Part shown: positions 1 through 8,927 of the stretch, in pieces
Layout: each line of letters opens with the position of its first letter
Numbering within the stretch: the first letter of the stretch is position 1
Source: an uncultured Acidimicrobiia bacterium
GTDB taxonomy: Bacteria > Actinomycetota > Acidimicrobiia > Spongiisociales > UBA11373
Assembly: GCA_964354255.1 (NCBI GenBank)
Contig: CAYGYX010000004.1
Span: forward strand, 10,374 to 74,373
Length of the DNA stretch: 64,000 nucleotides
Direction of reading: 5' to 3'
Made by a program: the position numbers and the translations under genes
Notes under the pieces: model-generated
Databases searched by the model: none
What the model saw: only the letters and a program-made list of their open reading frames with translations
What the model was told of the DNA's origin: nothing

Positions 1-2316
1 CGGCAGGTAGCGGCGCCGCCCCAGGATGGTGGTGGTGAAGCCGTCCGCCCGGGCGCGGGCCACCATGCCTTGCATGAAAGCGGCGACGTCGGGGAACTGG
101 GCGAAGTAGGCGTCCATGTGCTCCTTCGCCTCCTCGGTGGGGATCTCCAGCCGCTGGCCCAGGCCGTAGGCCTCCATCCCGTACAGGAGCCCGAAGTTGA
201 TCATCTTGGCCCGCCGCCGCAGCTCGTGGGTCACCTTCTCCGGGGCCAGGCCGAACACCCGGGCCGCGGTGGCGGCGTGGATGTCCGCCCCTGAGGCGAA
301 TGCCTCCAACAGCCCAGGGTCGCCGCTGAGGTGGGCGAGGATGCGCAGCTCGATCTGGCTGTAGTCGGCGACCACGAAGGTGTGGCCGGGGGCGGCGACG
401 AAAGCCCGCCGGATGGTGCGCCCTTCCTCGGTGCGCACCGGGATGTTCTGCATATTGGGCTGCTCCGAGGATATGCGACCGGTGGCCGCCCCGGTCTGGT
501 TGAAGATGCAGTGGATGCGCCCGTCCTCGGCGATCAGGGGCAGCAGGCCGTCGACATAGGTGGAGCGCAGCTTCTCCAGCTCGCGATAGGCGAGCAGGTG
601 GCCGATCACCGGGTGCTCGTCGACCATCTTCTGGAGCACCGAGGCGTCGGTCGACGGGGCGCCCTTGGGGGTCTTCTTCAGCACCGGCAGGCGCAGCCGG
701 TCGAAGAGGACCTCGCGCAGCTGCTGGGTGGAGTTGATGTTGAACGGCTCTCCGGCCGCTTCGTGCACCCGCCGTTCCAGCGTGGCTAGACGGTCGCGCA
801 GGTGCTCCCCCAGCTCGCTCAGGTAGGCCCGGTCCACCAGGATCCCTGCCTCCTCCATGCGGGCCAGCACCCGCACCAGGGGCAGCTCCACCTGCCGGTA
901 CAGGTCGAGCCCGCCCTGCGCCTCCAGCCGGGCGGTGAGTGGCTCCACCAGCCGGTCTACCGCCAGCGCCCGCCGGCCGGCCCGCTCCAGGTCGGGCCCG
1001 CCGGCCGCGAACACGAAGGCCGCCTGCGCCCCCTCCGCGGCCGTGGCCTCGGTCTCCGGCTCGATTTCCAGGCCGAGCACTTGGGCGGCCAGCGCGCTCA
1101 GGTCCGGCGCCCCCTCGGCCGGGTTGAGCAGGTAGCCCGCCAGGGCAGTGTCGAAGGTGAGGCCGACCAAGTCGCCGCCGGCCTCCAAGAGCGCCCTGGC
1201 CAGCGGCTTGGCGCCGTGCAGGGCCTTCGGCACCTGCGGGTCGACCAGGGCCGTCCCCAGGGGTCCGAGCCGGTCGGCCGGGATGAACGACGCCCGGTCA
1301 TCCGGCCCGGCGATCATCACCCCCAACAGGTCGCTCCCCTCCCACACCGGCTCGAGGGCCAGGATCCTTCCCGCCGCCACCAGTTCCCCCGGATCTGGGG
1401 CGGCGACCACCTCCACGTCGAGCACCCCCTGGGCCGGGGCGGCTCCCGCCCCACCGACCTCCTGTAGGCGCTGCCAGAGCGAGCGGAAGGCCAGTCCATC
1501 GAACACCTGCCGCACCCGGGCCGGGTCCCACGGCTGCAGCCGGAGCTCGTCCGGATCGGCCTCGAGCGGCACGTCCTCCACCAGATGGGTGAGGCGCCGG
1601 TTCAGGAACACCTGCTCGCGGGCGGCCGCCAGGCTCTCCCGCAGCCGGGGCGGCTGGTCCTCCAGATGGTGGTAGATCCCCTCGAGCCCCCCGTAGGCGG
1701 CCACCAGGCGGGTGGCCGTCTTCTCCCCTACTCCCGGCACCCCCGGCAGGTTGTCCGAGGTGTCGCCGCGCAGGGCGGCGTAGTCGGGGTATTGGGCCGG
1801 GGTCACGCCGTAGCGCTCCTCCACCCAGGCGGCATCGGCCAGCACCGTGTCGCTGATGCCCCGGCGGGTGTAGACGACCTTGATGGGCCCGCCCACCAGC
1901 TGAAAGGCGTCGCGGTCGCCGGTGACCACCAGCACCTCCCAGCCGGCTTCGGCCGCCCGCCGGGCAATGGTCGCGATGACGTCGTCGGCCTCGACGCCGG
2001 GGACGCGGAACTGCCGGATGCCCAGCGCGTCGGCCACCTCGTCGATCAGGGGCAGCTGGCTGCGGAACAGGTCGGGGGCCGCCTTCCGAGTGGCCTTGTA
2101 GTCGGCATAGGCCTCGTCGCGAAAGGTGGCCTCCGGGGTATCCCAGGCCACCGCCATGGCGTCGGGGTGCTCGTCGCCGAGCAGCTTGATCACCATCGAG
2201 GTGAACCCGAAGACCGCGTTGGTGGGCCGTCCATCCGGCGTGGCCAGGTCGGGGGGCAGGGCATAGAAGGCCCGGAAGGCGAGGCTGTGCCCGTCGAGGA
2301 GGGCGAGGCGGGACAT
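1..2316 (-). CDS. polA: DNA polymerase I (C-terminal ~130 aa lie beyond window start)
   Basis: Reverse translation gives N-terminus MSRLALLDGHSLAFRAFYALPP (5'-3' exonuclease domain). Further downstream it has DYSQIELRILAHLSGD and KMINFGLLYG polymerase motifs. ATG at complement 2314-2316. No stop codon within the window. Confidence 0.9.
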   Translation of the reverse strand, partial: MSRLALLDGHSLAFRAFYALPPDLATPDGRPTNAVFGFTSMVIKLLGDEHPDAMAVAWDTPEATFRDEAYADYKATRKAAPDLFRSQLPLIDEVADALGIRQFRVPGVEADDVIATIARRAAEAGWEVLVVTGDRDAFQLVGGPIKVVYTRRGISDTVLADAAWVEERYGVTPAQYPDYAALRGDTSDNLPGVPGVGEKTATRLVAAYGGLEGIYHHLEDQPPRLRESLAAAREQVFLNRRLTHLVEDVPLEADPDELRLQPWDPARVRQVFDGLAFRSLWQRLQEVGGAGAAPAQGVLDVEVVAAPDPGELVAAGRILALEPVWEGSDLLGVMIAGPDDRASFIPADRLGPLGTALVDPQVPKALHGAKPLARALLEAGGDLVGLTFDTALAGYLLNPAEGAPDLSALAAQVLGLEIEPETEATAAEGAQAAFVFAAGGPDLERAGRRALAVDRLVEPLTARLEAQGGLDLYRQVELPLVRVLARMEEAGILVDRAYLSELGEHLRDRLATLERRVHEAAGEPFNINSTQQLREVLFDRLRLPVLKKTPKGAPSTDASVLQKMVDEHPVIGHLLAYRELEKLRSTYVDGLLPLIAEDGRIHCIFNQTGAATGRISSEQPNMQNIPVRTEEGRTIRRAFVAAPGHTFVVADYSQIELRILAHLSGDPGLLEAFASGADIHAATAARVFGLAPEKVTHELRRRAKMINFGLLYGMEAYGLGQRLEIPTEEAKEHMDAYFAQFPDVAAFMQGMVARARADGFTTTILGRRRYLP

Positions 2317-2339
2317 GGCTCGATGTTAGGGCAGGGGCC

Positions 2340-2615
2340 CTAACCGAGCCGGGCGAGCAGGCGGTCGCGCTTTGCCTCGAGCCGTCCCCGCCGCCTCTGC
2401 AGGTCGGCCACCAGCTGCCCGAACCGAGCCACATCGGCGGCCGTGTCGCGCGCCTCCTCCCGGTCGATGGGCGATTCGCTCACCGCCGCGTCCCGCCGGG
2501 CGTCGTCGTCCAGGTGGCGGTGCACCTCCAGCTCGGCCGCCGCCTGGTGCTCCTCGGCGGCCAGGCGGGCGATCCGCTCGTTCAGGCGGAAGAGGCGCTG
2601 GTGCAGGCGGTTCAT
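2340..2615 (-). CDS. small coiled-coil hypothetical protein (91 aa) immediately upstream of polA
   Basis: First 91 codons of ORF 2340..3434 (MNRLHQRLFRLNERIARLAAEE...). GGGAG RBS lies 6 nt before the ATG. The rest of that long ORF runs through the tRNA and is not coding. High GC3. Confidence 0.5.
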   Translation of the reverse strand: MNRLHQRLFRLNERIARLAAEEHQAAAELEVHRHLDDDARRDAAVSESPIDREEARDTAADVARFGQLVADLQRRRGRLEAKRDRLLARLG

Positions 2616-2656
2616 GGGAGGCTCCCGGGTGGGCGAGCGCCCTACGATGGGGGCGC

Positions 2657-2739
2657 GCCGGGATGGCGGAATGGTAGACGCAGCGGACTCAAAATCCGCC
2701 GAGGGCAACCTCGTGGGGGTTCGACTCCCCCTCCCGGTA
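2657..2739 (+). tRNA. tRNA-Leu (anticodon CAA), type II with long variable arm
   Basis: Hand-folded cloverleaf. Acceptor GCCGGGA/TCCCGGT with G1-U72 wobble. D-arm GCGG-AATGGTAGA-CGC. Anticodon stem GCGGA/TCCGC with loop CTCAAAA. 16-nt variable arm CGAGGGCAACCTCGTG. T-arm GGGGG-TTCGACT-CCCCC. Discriminator A. CCA is not encoded. Confidence 0.85.
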
Positions 2740-2746
2740 CGGCGCC

Positions 2747-4456
2747 TCAGCCCTCGAAACCGTTGGTGATCGGCAGGCGCCGATCCCGTCCCAGCGCCTT
2801 GGGGGTGATCTTCACCCCCGGGGCCGACTGGCGGCGCTTGTACTCGTTGCGGTCCACCAGGCGGGCCACCCGCTCGACCACCGCCCGGTCGAAGCCCAGC
2901 TTGACGATGTCGTCGAGCGCCAGGTCCTTTTCCACGTACGCCTCGAGGATGGGATCGAGCACCGCGTAGGGCGGCAGGCTGTCGGTGTCGAGCTGCCCGG
3001 GGCGCAGCTCCGCGGAGGGCGGCTTGGCGATCGTCGCCGCCGGGATCACCTCGCCGTTCCGGTTGCGCCACCCGGCCAGCTCGTAGACCAGCGTCTTGGA
3101 CACGTCCTTGAGGACGGCGTAGCCGCCCACCATGTCGCCGTACAGGGTGGAGTAGCCGACCGACATCTCCGACTTGTTGCCGGTGGCCAGCACCAGGCCC
3201 CCGTGCTTGTTGGAGAGGGCCATCAGGATGGTGCCGCGAGCGCGCGCTTGCAGATTCTCCTCGGCCACCCCCGGCCCCGTGCCGGCGAAGGCTTCCGCCA
3301 GGGTCTCCAGGAAGCCGCGGAACGGGGGCTCGATGGAGATCTCGGAGAAGCGGATGCCCAGGTTCTCGGCCAGTGCCCGGGCGTCGGCCACCGACCCTTC
3401 CGAGGAGTACCGGCTGGGCATGGCCACCCCCCACACCATCTCCGGCCCCAGGGCGTCGGCGGCGATGGCGGCGACCAGAGCCGAGTCGATCCCCCCGGAG
3501 AGGCCGAGCACCACCCTCGCGAAGCCGATCTTGCGGAAGTAATCGCCCAGGCCCAGGCAGAGCGCCCGGTAGACCTCCTCGACCGCCCCCGATGGCTCGC
3601 GCAGGTCGGGGAGGGCTGCCGGCTCGCCCTCCAGCAGGGTGCCTCGGCTGACCACGGTGGCCTGCACGTCGCTCCGTCCCGCCTCGGAGAGAGGCACGTC
3701 CACCCAGAACAGGTCCTCCTCAAACTGGGGGGAGCGGTAGAGCACCTCGCCGGCGGCGTCGATGACCAGGCTTCCGCCGTCGAAGACCAGTTCGTCCTGG
3801 CCACCCACCAGGTTGACGTAGACCAGTGGCATCCCGAAGGCCCGGGCCCGGTCGCGCAGCATCTCCTCGCGCTCGGCGTCCTTGTGGCGGTGGTAGGGCG
3901 AGCCGTTGATGTTGAGCAGGATGTCCGCCCCGGCCGTCGCCTGCCGGGCCGGGGGCCCGTCGGCCACCCAGATGTCCTCACAGATCGACACCCCGGCGAC
4001 CACTCCGTTGATGTCCCACAGCGCCGCCGGCGCCGCCCCTGGGAAGAAGTAGCGGTCCTCGTCGAACACCCCGTAGTTGGGGAGCAGCACCTTGTGGTAG
4101 ATGCCTCGCAGCCGCCCCCCGGCCAGCAGCCCAGCGGCGTTGTGCAGGCGCCCCGGGCCGCCATCGTCCCGCTTGGGCGCCCCCTGGGTGCGGTCGACGA
4201 AGCCCACCACCGTGGTCGTCTGCCCCGCCTTGGAGGCCAGGCGGTAGACCGCTTGCACGTTGGCTTCGATGAAGCGGCGGCGCAGCAGCAGGTCCTCGGG
4301 CGGGTACCCGGTGACGGCCAGCTCGGGGAGGAGCAGCACGTCGGCCTGCAACTCCTCGGCCCAGGCCATGGCGGCCAGGATGCGCTCGACGTTGCCGTCG
4401 AGGTCCCCCACGGTGAGGTTGATCTGAGCCCCGGCGACGCGGATGAAGTCGGTCAT
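2747..4456 (-). CDS. nadE: glutamine-dependent NAD+ synthetase (CN-hydrolase domain + NAD synthetase domain)
   Basis: N-terminal nitrilase-like domain (MTDFIRVAGAQINLTVGDL...). C-terminal domain has GLSGGIDSALVAAIA (PP-loop SGGxDS) and SNKHGGLVLATGNKSE. Likely start is the ATG 14 codons inside the ORF. Confidence 0.9.
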   Translation of the reverse strand: MTDFIRVAGAQINLTVGDLDGNVERILAAMAWAEELQADVLLLPELAVTGYPPEDLLLRRRFIEANVQAVYRLASKAGQTTTVVGFVDRTQGAPKRDDGGPGRLHNAAGLLAGGRLRGIYHKVLLPNYGVFDEDRYFFPGAAPAALWDINGVVAGVSICEDIWVADGPPARQATAGADILLNINGSPYHRHKDAEREEMLRDRARAFGMPLVYVNLVGGQDELVFDGGSLVIDAAGEVLYRSPQFEEDLFWVDVPLSEAGRSDVQATVVSRGTLLEGEPAALPDLREPSGAVEEVYRALCLGLGDYFRKIGFARVVLGLSGGIDSALVAAIAADALGPEMVWGVAMPSRYSSEGSVADARALAENLGIRFSEISIEPPFRGFLETLAEAFAGTGPGVAEENLQARARGTILMALSNKHGGLVLATGNKSEMSVGYSTLYGDMVGGYAVLKDVSKTLVYELAGWRNRNGEVIPAATIAKPPSAELRPGQLDTDSLPPYAVLDPILEAYVEKDLALDDIVKLGFDRAVVERVARLVDRNEYKRRQSAPGVKITPKALGRDRRLPITNGFEG

Positions 4457-4552
4457 GGCCGAGAGGGTAGACCCCCGGGCGGCGAGCAGGGCCGGCACAC
4501 CACCGCCCCCATTTCGGCCCCCGCCCCGCGTACCGTAAGGAGTGGGCGGGGG

Positions 4553-5947
4553 CTACTTGCCCGGCGACACCAGCGGCAGCGTCACCGAGACCGTGGTCCC
4601 CCGAGCCGGCTCACTGCTCACTCCCGCCGTGCCCCCCATGGCCTCGGCGAGCTCCTTGACGATGGCCAGGCCCAGGCCGGAACCCTCGGAACGGGCCGGG
4701 CGGTAGCGCTGGGCCACGTAGAGGCGCTCGAAGATGTGCGGCACATCGGCGGCCTCGATCCCGGGGCCGGTGTCGGAGACCGAGATCCGTGCCCCCGGTC
4801 CCTCGGCGCGCAGTGCCAGGCGCACCGTCCCTCCTTGCGGCGTGTAGCGGAGGGCGTTCTCCACCAGGTTGCCCACCACCTGGTCGATGCGGTCGGGGTC
4901 GACCATCGCCGGCGGGACCTCGCCCAGGTCCGTCTCCAGGCGGACCCCGGCCGCGTCGGCCCGGCCCCGGTAGGCCTCCACGCTCCCTCCCAGGTGACGG
5001 GCCAGGTCGACCTGCTCCGGCCTCAGCATGAACTCGCCGGCCTCGAGGCGGGAGAGGAGCATCAGGTCCTCCAGGAGACGGCTGAGGCGCCCCGACTCGC
5101 GGTGGATGACGCCGCTCACCCTGGCCAGGTCGCCTCCGGCCACCTTCCCCTCCTCCAGCGCCTCGGCGTAGCCGGAGATGGTGGTGAGCGGAGTGCGCAG
5201 GTCGTGGCCCACGGCCGCCAGAAACCCCCGCTCCCGGCGTCGCGCCTCCTCCAGTTGGCCGGCCATCTCGTTGAAAGCCACTCCCACCTGGGCGATCTCA
5301 TCGGCACCCTGCACCTCGACCCGGGCACCCAGGTCGCCCTCCGCGATGCGCCGGGAGGCCGAGCCCAGGCCTTCCAGCCGCCGTCCCAGGAAGCGGGAGA
5401 GCCAGCCGGCGAGCAGGGCCGCCAGCAGTACCCCCAGCGCCAGGGCCCAGAGCAGCCGGACGACCACCGGCGGCCAGGGCACCAGCTCCAGGTCGGTGCC
5501 GATGACCACCACCACCGTCCCCAGGTTGCCCACCGGCACCGGCAGGGCGAAGGCGGCGACCGCCTCGCCGTTCACCTCCGCCTCGAACTGCACCCGTCTG
5601 GTCAGCGCGGCGGCTCCTCCCGGAATATCTTCGGCGACCGGGGCACCCTCCCCGACCACGGTCACGCCACCCGCCGGGCCGACGAAGACCGCCTCGACGT
5701 AGTCGTGCCCACCCACCGCCGCCACCACGGCCAGGATGCTCCCCAGGTTGCGCAGCGGGGCCTGGCCCGAGCCTCGCTCCCGCACCCCCGCTTCGATCAG
5801 CCGGGCGGTGGCCTCGGCCTGGCGGGTGAACTCGCTGCGCGCCGATTCCTCGACCGAGCGGTTGATGAGCAACGCCGCCGCCAGGCCGCCGACGGCGAGG
5901 GTGACCACCGCCACCGTCACCAGCGCCCAGAAGACACGCCGGCGCAT
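4553..5947 (-). CDS. sensor histidine kinase (HAMP + HisKA + HATPase)
   Basis: TM N-terminus MRRRVFWALVTVAVVTLAVGG. H-box AAVGHDLRTPLTTISGYAEAL. G-box GTGLGLAIVKELAEAMGG. Start ATG sits 2 nt after the response-regulator stop. Confidence 0.9.
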   Translation of the reverse strand: MRRRVFWALVTVAVVTLAVGGLAAALLINRSVEESARSEFTRQAEATARLIEAGVRERGSGQAPLRNLGSILAVVAAVGGHDYVEAVFVGPAGGVTVVGEGAPVAEDIPGGAAALTRRVQFEAEVNGEAVAAFALPVPVGNLGTVVVVIGTDLELVPWPPVVVRLLWALALGVLLAALLAGWLSRFLGRRLEGLGSASRRIAEGDLGARVEVQGADEIAQVGVAFNEMAGQLEEARRRERGFLAAVGHDLRTPLTTISGYAEALEEGKVAGGDLARVSGVIHRESGRLSRLLEDLMLLSRLEAGEFMLRPEQVDLARHLGGSVEAYRGRADAAGVRLETDLGEVPPAMVDPDRIDQVVGNLVENALRYTPQGGTVRLALRAEGPGARISVSDTGPGIEAADVPHIFERLYVAQRYRPARSEGSGLGLAIVKELAEAMGGTAGVSSEPARGTTVSVTLPLVSPGK

Positions 5948-5949
5948 CG

Positions 5950-6624
5950 CTACTCGCCCATCCGGTAGCCGACCCCCCAGGCCGTCTCGATCGGGATGCC
6001 CTCCAGCTTCTTGCGCAGCTGGCGCACGTGCACGTCCACCGTGCGGGTCTCCCCGAAGTAGTCGTAGCCCCAGACCGCCTCGAGGATCTGCGCCCGGGTG
6101 AGGACCAGGCCCCGGTTCTCCGCCAGGTACCAGAGCAGGTCGAACTCGCGGGCGGTAGGCCGCACCACCTCCCCCGACGGAGTAGTCACCTGCCGCCGCC
6201 CTCCGTCTATCGCCCACTCCCCGATCTCGATGACGGCCGGGGCCCGCGGCGCCTCCTCCGAGCGCCGCAGGACTGCCCGCACGCGAGCCACCAGCTCCCG
6301 GGGGGAGAAGGGCTTGGTCACGTAGTCGTCGGCCCCCATCTCCAGGCCGACGATCTTGTCGACCTCGGTGTCGCGGGCGGTGAGCATGATGATGGGGACG
6401 TCACTGGTGGCGCGGATCCGGCGGCATACCTCGATGCCGTCCATGCCGGGCAGGCCGAGGTCGAGGAGCACGGCCCGCGGGGTGCGATCCCGCACGGCGT
6501 TGAGCCCGGCGGGCCCGTCGGCGGCGTGCACCAGCCGGAAGCCCTCCTGCTCGAAGTACATGCGGACCAGGTCGGCGATGGCCTCCTCGTCCTCGATCAG
6601 GACCACTGTCCCCCGGCTGTACAC
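5950..6624 (-). CDS. OmpR-family response regulator (MtrA-like)
   Basis: Receiver domain VLIEDEEAIADL...LLDLGLPGMDG. Winged-helix region LTAREFDLLWYLAENRGLVLTRAQILEAVWGYDYFGETRTVDVHVRQLRKKLE. GTG start preceded by GAGGAGG. Confidence 0.9.
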   Translation of the reverse strand: MYSRGTVVLIEDEEAIADLVRMYFEQEGFRLVHAADGPAGLNAVRDRTPRAVLLDLGLPGMDGIEVCRRIRATSDVPIIMLTARDTEVDKIVGLEMGADDYVTKPFSPRELVARVRAVLRRSEEAPRAPAVIEIGEWAIDGGRRQVTTPSGEVVRPTAREFDLLWYLAENRGLVLTRAQILEAVWGYDYFGETRTVDVHVRQLRKKLEGIPIETAWGVGYRMGE

Positions 6625-6893
6625 GGCGCCTCCTCAATCACATCCTGGGCCCGGCAGGTTCGGCAGATGTAAGGGCACCATGAAGGTTCCCCGCGCCTCG
6701 GGCGCCGGCCGTAGGGACTCCGCGAGGGGCGAGAACACCCGCATGAGGCCAGGGTAGATGCCCCGCGCCCGCCCACGCCCCCGAGGTGCCCGCCGGAGCC
6801 CAGCAGCGGCACTGCCGGGACCGCGGCCCGGCCACCGGCCGTGAGGCTCGGTTGGCCGGTAACCTCCCGCCGGTGCCCTCCCGTGGCTCGTCC

Positions 6894-8153
6894 ATGCGCC
6901 CGGTAGTTCGCCTGCTCAAGCCGCTGGCGCCCTCCGTCCCGCTCACCAGACGGGAGATCGGGATCCTCGCCCTGCTGGGGGCCGCCGCTTTCTCCCAGGG
7001 ATGGGCCTCCAACGTGTTCACCCACACCCTGGCCTACACCCGGGTCACCTTCCGCCTCAGCGACCAGGGGATCGCCGACGTCGAGGCGGTGGTGCGGGCC
7101 ACTGCCCTGCTCGCCCTGGCCCTCTCGTGGTGGGCCGATCGTCACGGCCGGCGCGGCCCGCTGCTCCTCGCCTTCCTGCTGATCCCCGCCGCCAACCTGG
7201 CCACCGCCTTCGTCCCCTCGCTGGCCGGTTTCGCCGCGCTACAGGGCATCGCCCGCATCGGCACCATCGCCCTCGGGGCCCTGGGCCTGGTCATGGTCGC
7301 CGAAGAGGTCAACCCGGCGGTGCGTGGCTATGCCTCGGCGACCTTCGCCCTCGGCCTGAGCATGGGGACCGGCTTCGGGCTCCTGATCACCCCGATCGCC
7401 CAGGCCGGCGCCGAGTCCTGGCGGATCCTCTTCGGGATCTCCTCCGTGCCCCTCCTCCTCCTGCCCCTGCTGGCCCTGCGGCTACGCGAGTCGCGGGCCT
7501 TCCGGCCGGGGACCAGGGCTCCTCTGACCCTTGCCCTCCAGGGAGGCCTGGCCCGCTACTTCTGGCCGATGGCGGGGGTCTCCTTCGCCGTCGCGGCCTT
7601 CACCGGCCCGGGAGCCGGCTTCCTCAACCCCCGCCTGGTCAACGACCTGGGTTGGGGCCAGGGCTCGGCCTCCCTCCTCCTCGTGCTGGCCAGCACCCCG
7701 GCAGTGCTGCTCGGCCTGCTCGGCGGAGGTCGCGCCGCCGACGTCGTCGGCCGCCGGGTCACGGAACTGGCAGCCGCGGTGCTGGGGGTCTCGGGGGGCA
7801 TCGCCGCCTACTTCTCGGAGGAAGGCTGGGTGATAGGCCTCGGCGTCTTCCTCTCCATCCTGGGCGCCTCGGCCTTCGCCCCCGCCTTCACCGCGCAGCG
7901 GGCCGAGTTGTTCCCCACCGAGGCCCGGGCCACCGCCGGGGCCTGGCTGGTCAATGCCGGCATCCTCGGGGGCCTGGGAGGGTTCCTCGCCGGGCGCTTC
8001 GCCATCGGCGCCTGGGGCGTCCCGGTCACCATCGCCGGCCTCGGCCTGTTGCTGCTGGCCTCTACTTCGCTGCTCGTTCTGCTGCCGGAGACGAAGGGTT
8101 TGGACGTCGTCGGGCCGGCGGGGGCCGCCGAATCACCCCACGTCGGGCCGTGA
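6894..8153 (+). CDS. MFS transporter
   Basis: About 12 predicted hydrophobic helices. MFS-like loops (GRRGPLLLAF, GRRVTELAA). Internal ATG at 6894 chosen; the upstream ORF extension is Arg-rich. Confidence 0.75.
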   Translation: MRPVVRLLKPLAPSVPLTRREIGILALLGAAAFSQGWASNVFTHTLAYTRVTFRLSDQGIADVEAVVRATALLALALSWWADRHGRRGPLLLAFLLIPAANLATAFVPSLAGFAALQGIARIGTIALGALGLVMVAEEVNPAVRGYASATFALGLSMGTGFGLLITPIAQAGAESWRILFGISSVPLLLLPLLALRLRESRAFRPGTRAPLTLALQGGLARYFWPMAGVSFAVAAFTGPGAGFLNPRLVNDLGWGQGSASLLLVLASTPAVLLGLLGGGRAADVVGRRVTELAAAVLGVSGGIAAYFSEEGWVIGLGVFLSILGASAFAPAFTAQRAELFPTEARATAGAWLVNAGILGGLGGFLAGRFAIGAWGVPVTIAGLGLLLLASTSLLVLLPETKGLDVVGPAGAAESPHVGP

Positions 8154-8177
8154 CCTCTCGCCGGCGATATCAGAGCC

Positions 8178-8846
8178 TCAACCGGCTGCGGCCTTGTGCG
8201 GATAGGGGCAGCGGTCGAGGAGCGGGCAGGTGGGGCATTGCGGGCGACGGGCGATGCACACCTCCCGGCCGAACTGGATGAAGCGCATCGAGATACCGGC
8301 CCAGTCCCTCTCCGGGTAGAGCGCCCGCAGGTCGGCCTCTACCCGGGCCGGGTCGGAGGCGGCACTCAGGCCCAGGCGACGGGCGAGGCGCCCCACGTGC
8401 GTGTCGACGGCGATGGCCGGCAGTCGGAAGGCCTCGGCGAGCACCACGCTGGCCGTCTTGCGCCCCACGCCGTGCAGAGTCGTCAGGGCCGCCAGGTCGG
8501 CGGGCACCTCGCCGCCGAACCGGGCCGCCAGGTCGGCGCTCAGGGCGATGACGGCTCGGGTCTTCTGGCGGTAGTAGCCGGTCGGGTACACCACCGCCTC
8601 CACCTCCTCCGGGTCGGCCGCCGCCAGATCCTCCGGCGCCGGCCAGCGGGAGAAGAGGATGGGGGTGACCCTGTTCACGTTGGCGTCGGTGGTTTGGGCG
8701 CTCAGCACCGTCGCCACTAGCAATTGCCAGGGATCCCGGTAACGCAGGGCGGTCGCCGCCTCCGGGTAACGCTTCTTGAGACGGCCGAGGATGGCGCGAG
8801 CACGCCGCCGCACCTCTTCCGCCGGCGGGGCAGTCGGCGCAGGCAC
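8178..8846 (-). CDS. nth: endonuclease III (DNA glycosylase/AP lyase)
   Basis: HhH-GPD motif LHGVGRKTASVVLAEAF. [4Fe-4S] cluster loop CIARRPQCPTCPLLDRC. Aligns with E. coli Nth from LLVATVLSAQTTD. Start is uncertain (GTG at 8846 chosen). The upstream part of the ORF is antisense to the ATPase gene. Confidence 0.8.
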   Translation of the reverse strand: MPAPTAPPAEEVRRRARAILGRLKKRYPEAATALRYRDPWQLLVATVLSAQTTDANVNRVTPILFSRWPAPEDLAAADPEEVEAVVYPTGYYRQKTRAVIALSADLAARFGGEVPADLAALTTLHGVGRKTASVVLAEAFRLPAIAVDTHVGRLARRLGLSAASDPARVEADLRALYPERDWAGISMRFIQFGREVCIARRPQCPTCPLLDRCPYPHKAAAG

Positions 8847-8927
8847 GGCCGGATCGTAACGGCTGTGCCTCCCGCTCCCGAGCCCGGTGCCGCTACGATC
8901 TCGGCCGCCGCCATCATTCCTGCCGCC

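Noticed and set aside
2340-3434. 364-aa minus-strand ORF spanning the tRNA-Leu and the nadE 3' end
   Set aside because: It runs through a tRNA gene and antisense through nadE. Only its first 91 codons (2340..2615), which have an RBS, are plausibly coding.
3203-5968. 921-aa plus-strand ORF (and similar ones at 18216..21680, 42935..45547, 9321..10865, 1298..2434)
   Set aside because: Arg/Gly/Pro/His-rich, low-complexity translations. They are antisense or out-of-frame to well-supported genes (nadE/HK, dnaE, murE/ftsI, ATPase, polA). These are the long stop-free shadow frames typical of ~72% GC DNA.
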